Source: Bacteroidales bacterium (GTDB lineage: Bacteria; Bacteroidota; Bacteroidia; Bacteroidales; WCHB1-69). Taken from it: a stretch of 64,000 bases of DNA. Position 1 is the first letter of the stretch. Each line of letters opens with the position of its first letter. Below are positions 35,286 to 44,707 of this stretch, piece after piece. The stretch lies in contig JAZRYT010000134.1 of the NCBI GenBank assembly GCA_045600905.1, positions 2,930 to 66,929 on the forward strand, read 5' to 3'. The position numbers were made by a program, and so were the translations under genes. The notes beneath the pieces are model-generated. The model did no database searches, was not told the DNA's origin, and saw nothing but the letters and a program-made list of their open reading frames with translations.

Positions 35286-35293
35286 CAAAAATA
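35286..35293 (-). promoter_or_regulatory. Bacteroidota -7 promoter box (TAnnTTTG) for the DPP-IV gene
   Basis: The reverse complement reads tatttttg (context cctatttttgcac), 31 nt upstream of the ATG at 35255. Confidence 0.45.
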
Positions 35294-35318
35294 GGAAAAA
35301 GTGTAAAAGAGCCGTTCC

Positions 35319-36587
35319 TTATGGCTTTAAGAATCCGACACCGACGAGCCGGTCATACGAACTTCCCTCTTCGCGCAAATAGACATAGACGGTGTAGTCG
35401 TTGTGCGTCTCGAAATGGTTGCCTTCGATGTAGGTGGCGTCGATTTTGCCGCCGCTGTAAGGTACATAGACATATTGGTAATTGAAAACTCCCTGCTTGA
35501 TGAAGATGGCGGTTTCCCAGAATTTGTACTGTTCGTTGTATTGGAGCTTGGCTTCAGGAATGATGCGCCAGTCGGTGAGCTGGCCGAACACATAGACATC
35601 TCCGTCCGTGAAGGGGAACGTGCTCTTGAGGGTGAAGTGCGTGTTGACGTAGTCTTCTGAAAATGGGTTGCTCATATCGATATTACGGTAGATGCAGGCA
35701 CCATTCATCGTGTTGCGACTTTCGTAAGCGCCGAAGGGACGTGCGTCGTCCTGTAGCACGTAGGCCTGGTTCTGACGGTGGTCGAAATTGATGCCGACGA
35801 TACGGTCACCGTTGGTGCGCAGCGTGCGGATGTCGAATGTGCGGAACTCGGCACCTCCGTCAAAAAGGTTGCGCCCATCATCGTAGTCAAAACTGTACTC
35901 TCCGGGATAGCCTGAACGGTAGGTTAGCCCCATAATGGCGTTGTCCCAACGATCGTTCTGCTGGATGGTGGCGTGCAGATTTAGCGCCGGATTGCGAACT
36001 ATGTATGCTCCGGTGGCTACGGAAAAGTCAACCTCCTGGTGTGTCAGTCGTTTGGAAACATCCGATGAGGTGTTGACAGCCCCGCTCACACCGGCCTGCT
36101 CGTCCTCTCGAATCATAAAACGTCTGGTAAGAATCGGGTGGTCGGGCGTGTCGTCATAGACGAACAAAATGTAATTCCCCGATTTCGTGGGACGCATATT
36201 GTCGTTGGGAATCGTCAGCGAATACTGCATATAATGCACCGTGGTGTTGAAGGAGTAGTCGTAGTGGCTGATTTCATCCTCCATAAATCCATCCAAATAT
36301 TCAATCTGGTTCATATCTGATGGCTTCCAGTCGTGCGTGCAGTGTATCAGTGTGTATTTTAGATAGCGAGACTCCTCTTCCAAGTCGTCAAAAGTAAGCG
36401 TGAGTTCGCCGCTGCTAAGCGTCATAATAGGTTTGTCCAATAGATAACCCGATGATAACGTGACACTTTCGATGCCCTTTTCATAAATGCGGTTGTCCAA
36501 TTGTATGTTCTCCATATTGGGTTGGGCAAACATCGTCTGTCCCAAGCAAAATATGCAAACAATAATGCCGGTTATATTCTTTCTCAT
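35319..36587 (-). CDS. DUF5103-like protein (family annotated as type IX secretion system plug protein)
   Basis: 422 aa with signal peptide. IESVTLSSGYLLDKPIMTLSSGELTLTFDDLEEESRYLKYTLIHCTHDWKPSDMNQIEYLDGF...SGNYILFVYDD matches my memory of the DUF5103/T9SS_plug N-terminal pattern. Not verified by search. Confidence 0.55.
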   Translation of the reverse strand: MRKNITGIIVCIFCLGQTMFAQPNMENIQLDNRIYEKGIESVTLSSGYLLDKPIMTLSSGELTLTFDDLEEESRYLKYTLIHCTHDWKPSDMNQIEYLDGFMEDEISHYDYSFNTTVHYMQYSLTIPNDNMRPTKSGNYILFVYDDTPDHPILTRRFMIREDEQAGVSGAVNTSSDVSKRLTHQEVDFSVATGAYIVRNPALNLHATIQQNDRWDNAIMGLTYRSGYPGEYSFDYDDGRNLFDGGAEFRTFDIRTLRTNGDRIVGINFDHRQNQAYVLQDDARPFGAYESRNTMNGACIYRNIDMSNPFSEDYVNTHFTLKSTFPFTDGDVYVFGQLTDWRIIPEAKLQYNEQYKFWETAIFIKQGVFNYQYVYVPYSGGKIDATYIEGNHFETHNDYTVYVYLREEGSSYDRLVGVGFLKP

Positions 36588-36613
36588 AATAACGCCTTTT
36601 AAAAATGAGGCGG

Positions 36614-36621
36614 CAAAGGTA
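36614..36621 (-). promoter_or_regulatory. Bacteroidota -7 promoter box (TAnnTTTG) for the DUF5103-like gene
   Basis: The reverse complement reads tacctttg, 27 nt upstream of the ATG at 36587. Confidence 0.45.
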
Positions 36622-36999
36622 CAAAATAATGTGATAATTCGATAATGCGGTAATGTGCAAACAAGAGAAATTTGAAATCATTTCCCTTTCATCCTTTTAA
36701 TTATCTTTCCTCTTTTTTCCATTTTTTTCCATAAAATTCCGAATTCTCTCCCGATAATGTGCGTTATGAACAGGGCTGTTTTATAATTTTCAAGTTAATG
36801 TTATAAAAATCAGATAGATATATTTCGTTTTCCGAAAAATCATTCTAAATAACGGTTTTTCAATGTTTTGATGTTGAGAACTTGAATTCTGAAAATATAT
36901 TATCCAAAAATTTCCATATTGATAATCAGTATGTTGTGTTGATTTTTAGGTGTTGATAAATATTTTTAATGATTTTATGGAAACTGTTTGAAAAAAATC

Positions 37000-37007
37000 T
37001 ATTTTTG
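37000..37007 (+). promoter_or_regulatory. Bacteroidota -7 promoter box (TAnnTTTG) for the dcw cluster (mraZ)
   Basis: tatttttg lies 14 nt upstream of the ATG at 37021. This argues against the TTG start at 36988. Confidence 0.45.
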
Positions 37008-37020
37008 GCACGTTTTTTCA

Positions 37021-37518
37021 ATGAGTCAAAATATGCCAAATCTTGCATACGGTTATTGGGAAGTGTCCATAGAGAAAAGTGGGCGGTTGAAACTGCCGAC
37101 TGCTCTTCTGCGTGCGTTGCCTGAAGACGAACGCAAGGCTTTCTATGTGACCCACGGATTTGGTGAGCACATTATGCTCTGGTCCGAAAAGGCTTACCAG
37201 GAACAGATGGAATATCTGAACTCCTTGGACCGTAACATTTTGCTGGTCAAGCAGTATAGAAATGCTTTTTTACGCAATACGGCTTTTTTGGAATGCGACA
37301 ATCAAGACAGAATCGTGATTCCCAAGCCGCTGATGGAACACTATTCCATTGATAAGGAAATCGTGCTTTTGTTGGACAACGGCAAAATAGAGCTTTGGAA
37401 CTGCGGCAGGTACCACGAGAAGTTCGATATGACGCCGGAAGCTCTCGAATCATTGAACGAACAAATCCATTTGGGCAATTTCAAGGCAGAGAAGGAGGTG
37501 ACGGATGAGTTATCATAA
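37021..37518 (+). CDS. mraZ: Transcriptional regulator MraZ
   Basis: YWEVSIEKSGRLKLPTALLRAL ... DRIVIPKPLMEHYSI shows two SpoVT/AbrB-like halves. It is the first gene of the dcw cluster. Confidence 0.85.
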   Translation: MSQNMPNLAYGYWEVSIEKSGRLKLPTALLRALPEDERKAFYVTHGFGEHIMLWSEKAYQEQMEYLNSLDRNILLVKQYRNAFLRNTAFLECDNQDRIVIPKPLMEHYSIDKEIVLLLDNGKIELWNCGRYHEKFDMTPEALESLNEQIHLGNFKAEKEVTDELS

Positions 37519-38428
37519 CCCGGTCCTTCTCCATCCTTCTGTAGATAATCTAGTGACCAACCCTTCTGGAACATACGTGGATGTCACGTTCGGCGGGGGC
37601 GGCCATTCTCGCGCCATATTGGAAAAATTGACAGACGGCCGGCTGATTGCCTTTGACCAGGACGAAGACAGCCACGCCAACCTCATTGAAGATGAGCGTT
37701 TCCAATTTGTTCCATCGAACTTCAAAAACCTGACACGCTTCCTACAATATTATAAGGCTTATCCCGCGGATGGCATTTTGGCAGATTTGGGAATCTCCTC
37801 CCATCAGATTGATACCGCCGAAAGAGGTTTTTCCTATAGCAAAGACGGATTGCTGGATATGCGTATGAACGCGCAATCGGGCATCTCCGCCAAAGAAGTG
37901 GTGAACGGTTACGACGAGCAACAGCTCAGCCGGATATTCTACACTTATGGGGAATTGCACGAAGGCCGCCAATTGGCAAGGCAGATTGCGCGAGCACGTG
38001 CCGAACACAATATTGAAACCACACTCCAATTGGTGGAAGCACTGAAACCATCTCTGCCGAGAGGCCGCGAAAACAAGTATCTGTCCAAGATTTTCCAGGC
38101 TTTACGCATCGAGGTAAACCACGAAATGGAAGTGCTGGAGTCTTTCTTGACACAAACTGTCGATGCCCTCAAACCGGGCGGACGTTTGGTGATTATCGCC
38201 TACCATTCTTTGGAAGACAGGCTGGTGAAGAACTTTATGCGCTCCGGCAATTTGAGCGGCGAGGTGGAAAAGGACTTCTTCGGAAATCCTCTGACCCCTT
38301 TCAAACTCGTCACCCGCAAGGCCGTCGCACCCGATGAAGATGAAATAATGATGAACCCCCGCGCGCGCAGTGCCAAACTCCGTGTCGCAGAAAAAATAAT
38401 CGTGAAGGCAAATGGACTCAACAACTAG
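37505..38428 (+). CDS. rsmH: 16S rRNA (cytosine1402-N4)-methyltransferase RsmH
   Basis: YHNPVLLHPSVDNL...YVDVTFGGGGHSRAIL...DLGISSHQID...SYHSLEDRLVKNF. Confidence 0.9.
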   Translation: MSYHNPVLLHPSVDNLVTNPSGTYVDVTFGGGGHSRAILEKLTDGRLIAFDQDEDSHANLIEDERFQFVPSNFKNLTRFLQYYKAYPADGILADLGISSHQIDTAERGFSYSKDGLLDMRMNAQSGISAKEVVNGYDEQQLSRIFYTYGELHEGRQLARQIARARAEHNIETTLQLVEALKPSLPRGRENKYLSKIFQALRIEVNHEMEVLESFLTQTVDALKPGGRLVIIAYHSLEDRLVKNFMRSGNLSGEVEKDFFGNPLTPFKLVTRKAVAPDEDEIMMNPRARSAKLRVAEKIIVKANGLNN

Positions 38429-38885
38429 ACGTAAGGAAAATAACGAGAAAAAGGATAAAAAGTCCTTCTTCGGCCGCCTCTTCGGCGCCGATTTCCTGTT
38501 GAGCGAACAGATGCGCCCGTGGTATCCCTATATCGCCTTCGTATTGGTGCTGATGGCGGTTCTTGTCGTGAGCGAGCAACGGATAAATGATAAAAATGAA
38601 GAGATATCGCGTTTGGAAAATGAATATAAAGCGGAATTGAGCAAGCTCAAAGCCAACAACCAGTTCATCCCATACGAGGAAAATCAAATCCTGATTCAGA
38701 AAATGATGGACCGCGGTTACGTGCTCAATGAAGAACATAACTATACCGTGACGGTGAAAAAACCCGTGGAGGAAAAACGACACATCCTCTTCTTTTGGAA
38801 GAACAAGAAAAAAACGAATGATGAGGAAGAGTCTGTGAAGAAGGAAAAAGAAGGAGACGAGCCAGAAGAGGAAGAACAAGAATAA
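38412..38885 (+). CDS. FtsL-like cell-division protein with acidic C-terminal tail
   Basis: Position between rsmH and ftsI. A single TM helix (PWYPYIAFVLVLMAVLVV) is followed by a short coiled segment. The tail is DEEESVKKEKEGDEPEEEEQE. Confidence 0.5.
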   Translation: MDSTTRRKENNEKKDKKSFFGRLFGADFLLSEQMRPWYPYIAFVLVLMAVLVVSEQRINDKNEEISRLENEYKAELSKLKANNQFIPYEENQILIQKMMDRGYVLNEEHNYTVTVKKPVEEKRHILFFWKNKKKTNDEEESVKKEKEGDEPEEEEQE

Positions 38886-38936
38886 TTGAGAACAGGTGGA
38901 TGTCTATATGACATCTCTAATTGATAATATTGAAGT

Positions 38937-41207
38937 ATGCAGAGAAACAGGCAAAATCAGAAAGAGGGAGTCTATCGCGTCAGAATGACTGTGGTGTTCT
39001 TGGCGATGATTGCGCTTGGCTTGGCATGCTTTGCCCAAGTCGTCAAACTGTCGATTTTTGAAAGAGGCATCAGCTCGGGAACAGGAGATGGTGTCGTGGA
39101 CACCACTGACCCCAACTGGGACGGCAGTCAGGATTCCACCGCGCTGTGCTTCGTTCGCGCTAACACGTTGCGTCCTGTCCGTGGCGAGATTTATGACGAC
39201 AAGGGCCGTCTGTTGGTCGGCAATTACAATGTCTTTGAGGTTGCTTTTGATGGAAAACAGTTTGCCAAAGAATATGGTGACTCGTCCAAATATTCCGCTG
39301 ACGAGGTGGATATCTTGCTAAAGCGTTTGGCTGCGGATTTCCATAAACAATTTGCTAGTCGTTATCCCAACAGAGACGAGGCATTTTACTATAAATGCTT
39401 TGTGAAGAACTATAAGGCAAGACGTTACGAAACAGTCTTCTTCGTGAACGTTTGGGATGAGAAAACTTGGGTGTCCAGTATTGATACCGCGCGCATCAAA
39501 CACCTGCCGTATCTCACTAAAAAAATCATAGACAAAAAGACAGGAGCCGTTTTACGAACAAAGAAGTTTACTAGATATCTTAATTTTGTGACTTTCCCCG
39601 TACGTATCAATCCGTATGGCGAAATGGCTCGCCGAACGTTGGGTATCAATTTGGCCGACCGTCGTTATGGAATGGAATTCAATTTGAACGAGTTTTTAGC
39701 CGGCGAAGAAGGCAGTAAGAAATATCTTGAACTGAACCGAGCCGTTGTGCCTCTTAAAGAGCGCATCGACCCGATAGATGGTCTGAATGTCCATACGACA
39801 CTCAATTTGGAAATACAGAATGCTGTCCACAACGAGATGGCCCGCAAGTTGCAGGAATTGGAAGCGGAGTGGGGTTGTGCCATTGTGATGGAAACCAAAA
39901 CGGGCGAAATCAAGGCAGTGACGAACCTCTGCCGCCAATCCAAAGAGAGCAATGTTTATGCGGAAAGTATGGAGTATGCACTGAACGCCAAAGTGGAACC
40001 TGGCTCCACCTTCAAGTTGGCGTCTCTGCTCGCTTTCTTTGAAAAAATGTCCGATGATACTTCCCGCATTTATCCGATGTTCGCACACACTTTTAAATAT
40101 CCCTTGAAATCAGGGAACTATCGCTCTTATTACAAGGCAGACAGTAAGGTCCACGGCGAAGCATTGGGAACACCCAACGAGATATTCCAGCGCTCCTCCA
40201 ATATAGGTATCGCCTCTATGATTTTCAAAGCATACGGAATCAAGAACTTCGCATCCTATAAGGCCCAATTGGCCAAATTTGGTTTCTTTGACACCATCCA
40301 TACGCAAATGGGCGACTTGATGCCGGCAGGTATCAGAAACGACGGCCGTTTTGACAACTACTATGCGACTTGCTTCGGTGCAGGTTTCAACATACCCATT
40401 CTGAGGACGCTGATGTATTACAATGCCATTGCCAACGACGGAAAAATGATGGCTCCGTTATTTGTGAAATATATCACAGATGAATACGATACGGTGAAGA
40501 CTTACGAGCCGACGGTCGTGATGGAGAAGATGGTGTCCGATCGCACTTTGAAAAAGGCACGCGCCTACCTCGATAGCGTGGTGTGGGGCAAGTACGGAAC
40601 CGGCCGCCATTACAAGGACCCCGCCTGCCCGTTTGCCGGAAAAACCGGCACGCGCGATATCTGGGATGCGGCTGCCGGCGCCTACAATTACGATAGAAAT
40701 GCCGTCTCCTTCTGCGGCTATTTCCCGAAAGACAATCCTAAATATACGGTCATCGTTTATATTTATGACGTGCCCCAACATAGCGAGGTGGCGGTCGATG
40801 TGTTCGGCAAAATCGCACGTAGCATTTTGAATAGCAATAACTTTAGTGCTATGCACAGCGTTGAGGAATTCACATTCCAACCATTGAGGAGTACGCGCCC
40901 CATTAATAAACGTTTCCTCAATCCGCTGCTGCATTCTTTTGGATTTGATACTACTGAATATAAAACCCCACACCAATTTCTGTCGGCACAAAGCGTGGAT
41001 ACATTACGTACCATCAAAGCCACGGCAGTACCCATCAACAAATTGGAGGGCGCTCCCAATGTGATGAATATGATTGCTTCGGACGCCGTCTCCGTACTGA
41101 CACGTGCGGGCTATAAATCTGCTGTGTATGGACGCGGCGTGGTAAGACGGCAAGTCGTGGACCGCTCCAACAAAATTGTAAAACTCTACCTCGAACCTGT
41201 CAGTTGA
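38937..41207 (+). CDS. ftsI: Class B penicillin-binding protein (FtsI/PBP3-like) with C-terminal PASTA-like extension
   Basis: Motifs STFK (EPGSTFKLAS), SSN (FQRSSNIG) and KTGT (FAGKTGTRD), plus dcw position. Confidence 0.85.
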   Translation: MQRNRQNQKEGVYRVRMTVVFLAMIALGLACFAQVVKLSIFERGISSGTGDGVVDTTDPNWDGSQDSTALCFVRANTLRPVRGEIYDDKGRLLVGNYNVFEVAFDGKQFAKEYGDSSKYSADEVDILLKRLAADFHKQFASRYPNRDEAFYYKCFVKNYKARRYETVFFVNVWDEKTWVSSIDTARIKHLPYLTKKIIDKKTGAVLRTKKFTRYLNFVTFPVRINPYGEMARRTLGINLADRRYGMEFNLNEFLAGEEGSKKYLELNRAVVPLKERIDPIDGLNVHTTLNLEIQNAVHNEMARKLQELEAEWGCAIVMETKTGEIKAVTNLCRQSKESNVYAESMEYALNAKVEPGSTFKLASLLAFFEKMSDDTSRIYPMFAHTFKYPLKSGNYRSYYKADSKVHGEALGTPNEIFQRSSNIGIASMIFKAYGIKNFASYKAQLAKFGFFDTIHTQMGDLMPAGIRNDGRFDNYYATCFGAGFNIPILRTLMYYNAIANDGKMMAPLFVKYITDEYDTVKTYEPTVVMEKMVSDRTLKKARAYLDSVVWGKYGTGRHYKDPACPFAGKTGTRDIWDAAAGAYNYDRNAVSFCGYFPKDNPKYTVIVYIYDVPQHSEVAVDVFGKIARSILNSNNFSAMHSVEEFTFQPLRSTRPINKRFLNPLLHSFGFDTTEYKTPHQFLSAQSVDTLRTIKATAVPINKLEGAPNVMNMIASDAVSVLTRAGYKSAVYGRGVVRRQVVDRSNKIVKLYLEPVS

Positions 41208-41255
41208 CGCGATTGTCGTCCGACAGGACAAAACAAGAAAAGACCTATAAAAAAT

Positions 41256-42731
41256 ATGAAACCATTAACCTACCTATTAAAAAACCTAAAACGCTTCGAG
41301 CTTGTCGGCCGCGAAGATTGGAACATCACGGAAGTGGCGTTCGATTCCCGCAAGATTGCCGATACCGGCAAGGCTGACGAGACGGCGCTGTATGTCGCCC
41401 AACGTGGCACACAGACGGACGGACACCGCTTTATTTCGCAGGTGATAGCGCAAGGCGGCCGAGTCATCGTTTGTGAGGAACTCCCCGCTGAGGTTGTCCC
41501 CGACGTTACATTTGTCAAAGTGCCTGACAGTACGGTGGCATTAGGCTGCCTGGCTGCCGCATTTTATGATAATCCCAGTAAAAAGCTCAAATTGGTGGGC
41601 ATTACGGGTACTAATGGCAAAACCACTACGGTGACGCTCTTGCACCGCCTCTTCACACAATTGGGTTACAAGGTAGGTCTGCTTTCTACAATCGTCAATA
41701 AAATCGTTTTGGAAGAGGTCCCTTCAACGCATACGACTCCTGATGCGGTGGAATTAAACCGACTCCTCGCCAGAATGGTAGATGCCGGTTGCGAATACTG
41801 CTTTATGGAAGTGAGCTCACACTCCGTTTGCCAAAACCGTATCGCCGGACTCCATTTTGCCGGCGGTATTTTCAGCAATATCACGCATGACCATTTGGAT
41901 TTCCACAAGACGTTTGCCAACTATATCGCCGCCAAAAAGGCCTTTTTTGACAAATTGCCCAAAACGGCCTTCGCCCTTACCAATATTGATGATAAAAACG
42001 GTATGGTGATGGTCCAAAACAGCAAGGCCAAAGTTAGCACATATAGCTTGCTCACTGCCGCTGACTTTAAAGGTCTTATTTTGGACGACTGCTTCCGCGG
42101 CCTCCAGATGCGTATCAACAATCAAGAGGTGTTCTTCAAATTGTGCGGCAAATTCAATGCCTACAATTTGTTGGCTATTTATGGGACGGCTGTCCTGTTG
42201 GGCGTGCCAACCGAGGAACTGCTGCCGCAGATGAGCCTGCTGGAGAGTGCGGCCGGCCGTTTCCAGCTGATTTACAGAAAAGATGGCAGCACCGCCATCG
42301 TGGATTACGCCCACACTCCAGATGCTTTGCAGAACGTGTTGAGCACGATCCGCGAAACAACCAAGAACGACACGGAAGTGATTACCGTGGTAGGCTGTGG
42401 CGGTGACAGAGACAGAAGCAAACGCCCGGAGATGGCGGAAATTGCCTGTAAATACAGCTCTCGCGTGATTCTGACTTCGGACAACCCTCGTACGGAAAAT
42501 CCGACGGACATCCTGAATGAAATGCAGGAGGGCGTACCCGCATGGAAAAAGAAAAACGTGCTTGTTATTGAAAACAGACGCGAAGCCATCAAAACCGCTG
42601 CAATGCTCCTTCAACCTGGTGGCGTTCTTTTGGTCGCTGGCAAAGGCCACGAGAATTACCAGGAAATCAATCACGTCAAACACCACTTCGACGATACCGA
42701 GGAAGTGAAAAAGTGCTTTGAAGGAGTTTAG
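41256..42731 (+). CDS. murE: UDP-N-acetylmuramoyl-tripeptide synthetase MurE
   Basis: P-loop GITGTNGKTTT, ...DNPR..., ...AGKGHE..., and dcw position. Confidence 0.9.
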   Translation: MKPLTYLLKNLKRFELVGREDWNITEVAFDSRKIADTGKADETALYVAQRGTQTDGHRFISQVIAQGGRVIVCEELPAEVVPDVTFVKVPDSTVALGCLAAAFYDNPSKKLKLVGITGTNGKTTTVTLLHRLFTQLGYKVGLLSTIVNKIVLEEVPSTHTTPDAVELNRLLARMVDAGCEYCFMEVSSHSVCQNRIAGLHFAGGIFSNITHDHLDFHKTFANYIAAKKAFFDKLPKTAFALTNIDDKNGMVMVQNSKAKVSTYSLLTAADFKGLILDDCFRGLQMRINNQEVFFKLCGKFNAYNLLAIYGTAVLLGVPTEELLPQMSLLESAAGRFQLIYRKDGSTAIVDYAHTPDALQNVLSTIRETTKNDTEVITVVGCGGDRDRSKRPEMAEIACKYSSRVILTSDNPRTENPTDILNEMQEGVPAWKKKNVLVIENRREAIKTAAMLLQPGGVLLVAGKGHENYQEINHVKHHFDDTEEVKKCFEGV

Positions 42732-42760
42732 TCTTAGGTTTCAAGTATTTCCTCCAAACT

Positions 42761-42802
42761 CATTAACCATTTACCATTAACCCTTAATCATTAACCTAAC
42801 CT
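42761..42802 (+). repeat. Period-7 tandem array, 6 units (CATTAAC family)
   Basis: cattaac catttac cattaac ccttaat cattaac ctaacct starts 30 nt after the murE stop. Confidence 0.85.
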
Positions 42803-42811
42803 TGTAAGAAA

Positions 42812-44068
42812 ATGCTTTACTATCTTTTCGATTGGTTGCATAAAATCGGGATGCCTGGCTCAGGCGTGTTTAAATATATCTCGTTCCGTTCGGCTACGGC
42901 GTTCGTCCTTGCTTTGTTGATATCCATCTTTTTCGGTAAATATTTTATCGGAGTATTGAGGAAAAAGCAAATTGGAGAATCAGTGCGCGAACTGGGCCTT
43001 GCCGGACAGTCTGAGAAGGCCGGCACTCCAACGATGGGCGGCTTGATTATCATTGCGGCAATCCTGATACCCGCTTTGCTGCTTTGCCAATTAAAAAACA
43101 TCTATGTCCTGCTGATGATTTTCACAACCGTGTGGCTCGGCGCTTTGGGCTTCAGCGATGACTACATCAAAGTGTTCAAACACAACAAGGAAGGCTTGTC
43201 CCCACGTAAGAAATTGGTGGGCCAGATTGTCCTTGGCATCGTCGTCGGTGTTGTGATGTACTTCCATCCGGATGCCGTGATTTGCGAAAAAAATGCTTCG
43301 GCACAGGTCCTGACTCCGATAGAATCTGCCCTGCAGGTTGAGAATCAAGAGAATGCGCAAACTCCCAAGATTTTTGGCGAGCCGCAACATTCTATGAAGA
43401 CAACCATTCCGTTTTTCAAAAATCACGAGGCCGACTATAGCGCGCTAACACGCTGGATGGGCGATAAAACTGGGAAGTGGTCGTTCCTCTTCTTTATTCC
43501 CATTATAATCTTCATCATTGCGGCAGTTTCCAATGGTGCCAACCTGACGGACGGTTTGGACGGCTTGGCAACGGGTACGACATCCGTGATTGCCGTGGGT
43601 ATCGCCATACTGGCGTATGTGTCCGGAAATGTGGTGTTCGCCAATTATTTGAATATAATGTACATCCCCAATATCGGGGAGTTGGTAATCTTTGTGTCGG
43701 CTGTGATAGGCGCCTGCTTGGGTTTCTATTGGTGGAACTGCTATCCCGCGCAAATCTTTATGGGCGATACGGGCAGCCTGATGCTGGGCGGTATCGTCGC
43801 CGTTTCCTGCATCATCATCCGTAAGGAATTGCTGATACCCATTTTGTGCGGCGTTTATCTCGCCCAATCTGTTTCCGTCATTATGCAGGTCTCCTATTTC
43901 AAATATACGAAGAAGAAATATGGCGAAGGCCGACGTATCTTCCTGATGTCCCCACTGCATCACCATTATCAGAAAAAAGGAATCCACGAATCCAAAATCG
44001 TACAGCATTTTATCATTATCGGTTTGATACTCGCTGTACTGACCGTCGTGACACTGAAAATCAGATAG
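42812..44068 (+). CDS. mraY: Phospho-N-acetylmuramoyl-pentapeptide transferase MraY
   Basis: NGANLTDGLDGLA, FMGDTGSL and PLHHHY motifs. Polytopic membrane protein. Confidence 0.9.
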   Translation: MLYYLFDWLHKIGMPGSGVFKYISFRSATAFVLALLISIFFGKYFIGVLRKKQIGESVRELGLAGQSEKAGTPTMGGLIIIAAILIPALLLCQLKNIYVLLMIFTTVWLGALGFSDDYIKVFKHNKEGLSPRKKLVGQIVLGIVVGVVMYFHPDAVICEKNASAQVLTPIESALQVENQENAQTPKIFGEPQHSMKTTIPFFKNHEADYSALTRWMGDKTGKWSFLFFIPIIIFIIAAVSNGANLTDGLDGLATGTTSVIAVGIAILAYVSGNVVFANYLNIMYIPNIGELVIFVSAVIGACLGFYWWNCYPAQIFMGDTGSLMLGGIVAVSCIIIRKELLIPILCGVYLAQSVSVIMQVSYFKYTKKKYGEGRRIFLMSPLHHHYQKKGIHESKIVQHFIIIGLILAVLTVVTLKIR

Positions 44069-44097
44069 AGACTTGGCGGTTCTCAAGTAGCCCCCCT

Positions 44098-44132
44098 CAT
44101 TAACCCTTAACCAATAAACCTTAACCTATCCC
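44098..44132 (+). repeat. Period-7 tandem array, 5 units (CATTAAC/CCTTAAC family)
   Basis: cattaac ccttaac caataaa ccttaac ctatccc starts 30 nt after the mraY stop. Confidence 0.8.
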
Positions 44133-44138
44133 CCCCTT

Positions 44139-44696
44139 ATGGCAACAAACAAGTCCAACAATTTCAGCCTCTTTGAACAAGAAAGAGAAACCGCCAATCC
44201 TATGGTGGCCGTATTGGCCAATAGGTTGGTCAATATCCGTAAGAAGAACATTGCGGAATCTTTGTCGGATTTCGAGGGCAGCGCCCACAAATTGGAATCC
44301 GTGAAATTCATCAACAGTATTGAGTTTGTTGATGATTCCAGCTCGAACAACGTTAATTCCGTATGGTATGCTTTGCAGAGAATGACGAAACCGACGGTAT
44401 GGATAACGAATATCGACAAGGTGGAAGATATTACCGATGACATCATCGCGCAGGTTCGCGAGAAGGTGAAAGCCATCGTGATGCAGGGCATCTACAATAT
44501 GGATGTCTATGACAAATTAGCCTCTCTTGAAATACCCGTCTATGTGGAAATGAATATCCAAGATGCAGTCAGTCAGGCATACTATGCCTGTGACCGCAAT
44601 TATGTTGTTCTTTTTTCGCCGGGTGTCAAGGGTACAGCCCAAATGACCTATCGTGAAAGAGGCGACAAATTTAAGGAAGCCGTGGCTCAATTATAA
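44139..44696 (+). CDS. 185-aa protein resembling only the C-terminal domain of MurD (Mur ligase C-terminal domain). Possible murD remnant or repurposed domain.
   Basis: It sits exactly where murD belongs (mraY-X-ftsW). DFEGSAHKLESVKFINSIEFVDDSSSNNVNSV...VWITNIDKVEDI...VKAIVMQG...IQDAVSQA...VVLFSPGVKGTAQMTYRERGDKFKEAV parallels the MurD C-domain pattern (F-x-G-x-x-H-R-x-E ... NDSKATN ... GG-x-DKG ... SPACAS-x-D-x-F-x-x-Y-x-x-RG-x-x-F). The N-terminal UDP-binding domain and the central P-loop ATPase domain are absent: only 70 nt separate it from mraY. Confidence 0.6.
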   Translation: MATNKSNNFSLFEQERETANPMVAVLANRLVNIRKKNIAESLSDFEGSAHKLESVKFINSIEFVDDSSSNNVNSVWYALQRMTKPTVWITNIDKVEDITDDIIAQVREKVKAIVMQGIYNMDVYDKLASLEIPVYVEMNIQDAVSQAYYACDRNYVVLFSPGVKGTAQMTYRERGDKFKEAVAQL

Positions 44697-44707
44697 GCAT
44701 TTTTTAT

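Noticed and set aside
36588-37020. Possible hidden gene or RNA in the 430-nt AT-rich spacer between the DUF5103-like gene and mraZ
   Set aside because: No ORF of meaningful length and no convincing conserved-looking structure. It contains only the two divergent promoter boxes, a short hairpin (36592-36611) and GATAAT-rich low-complexity sequence.
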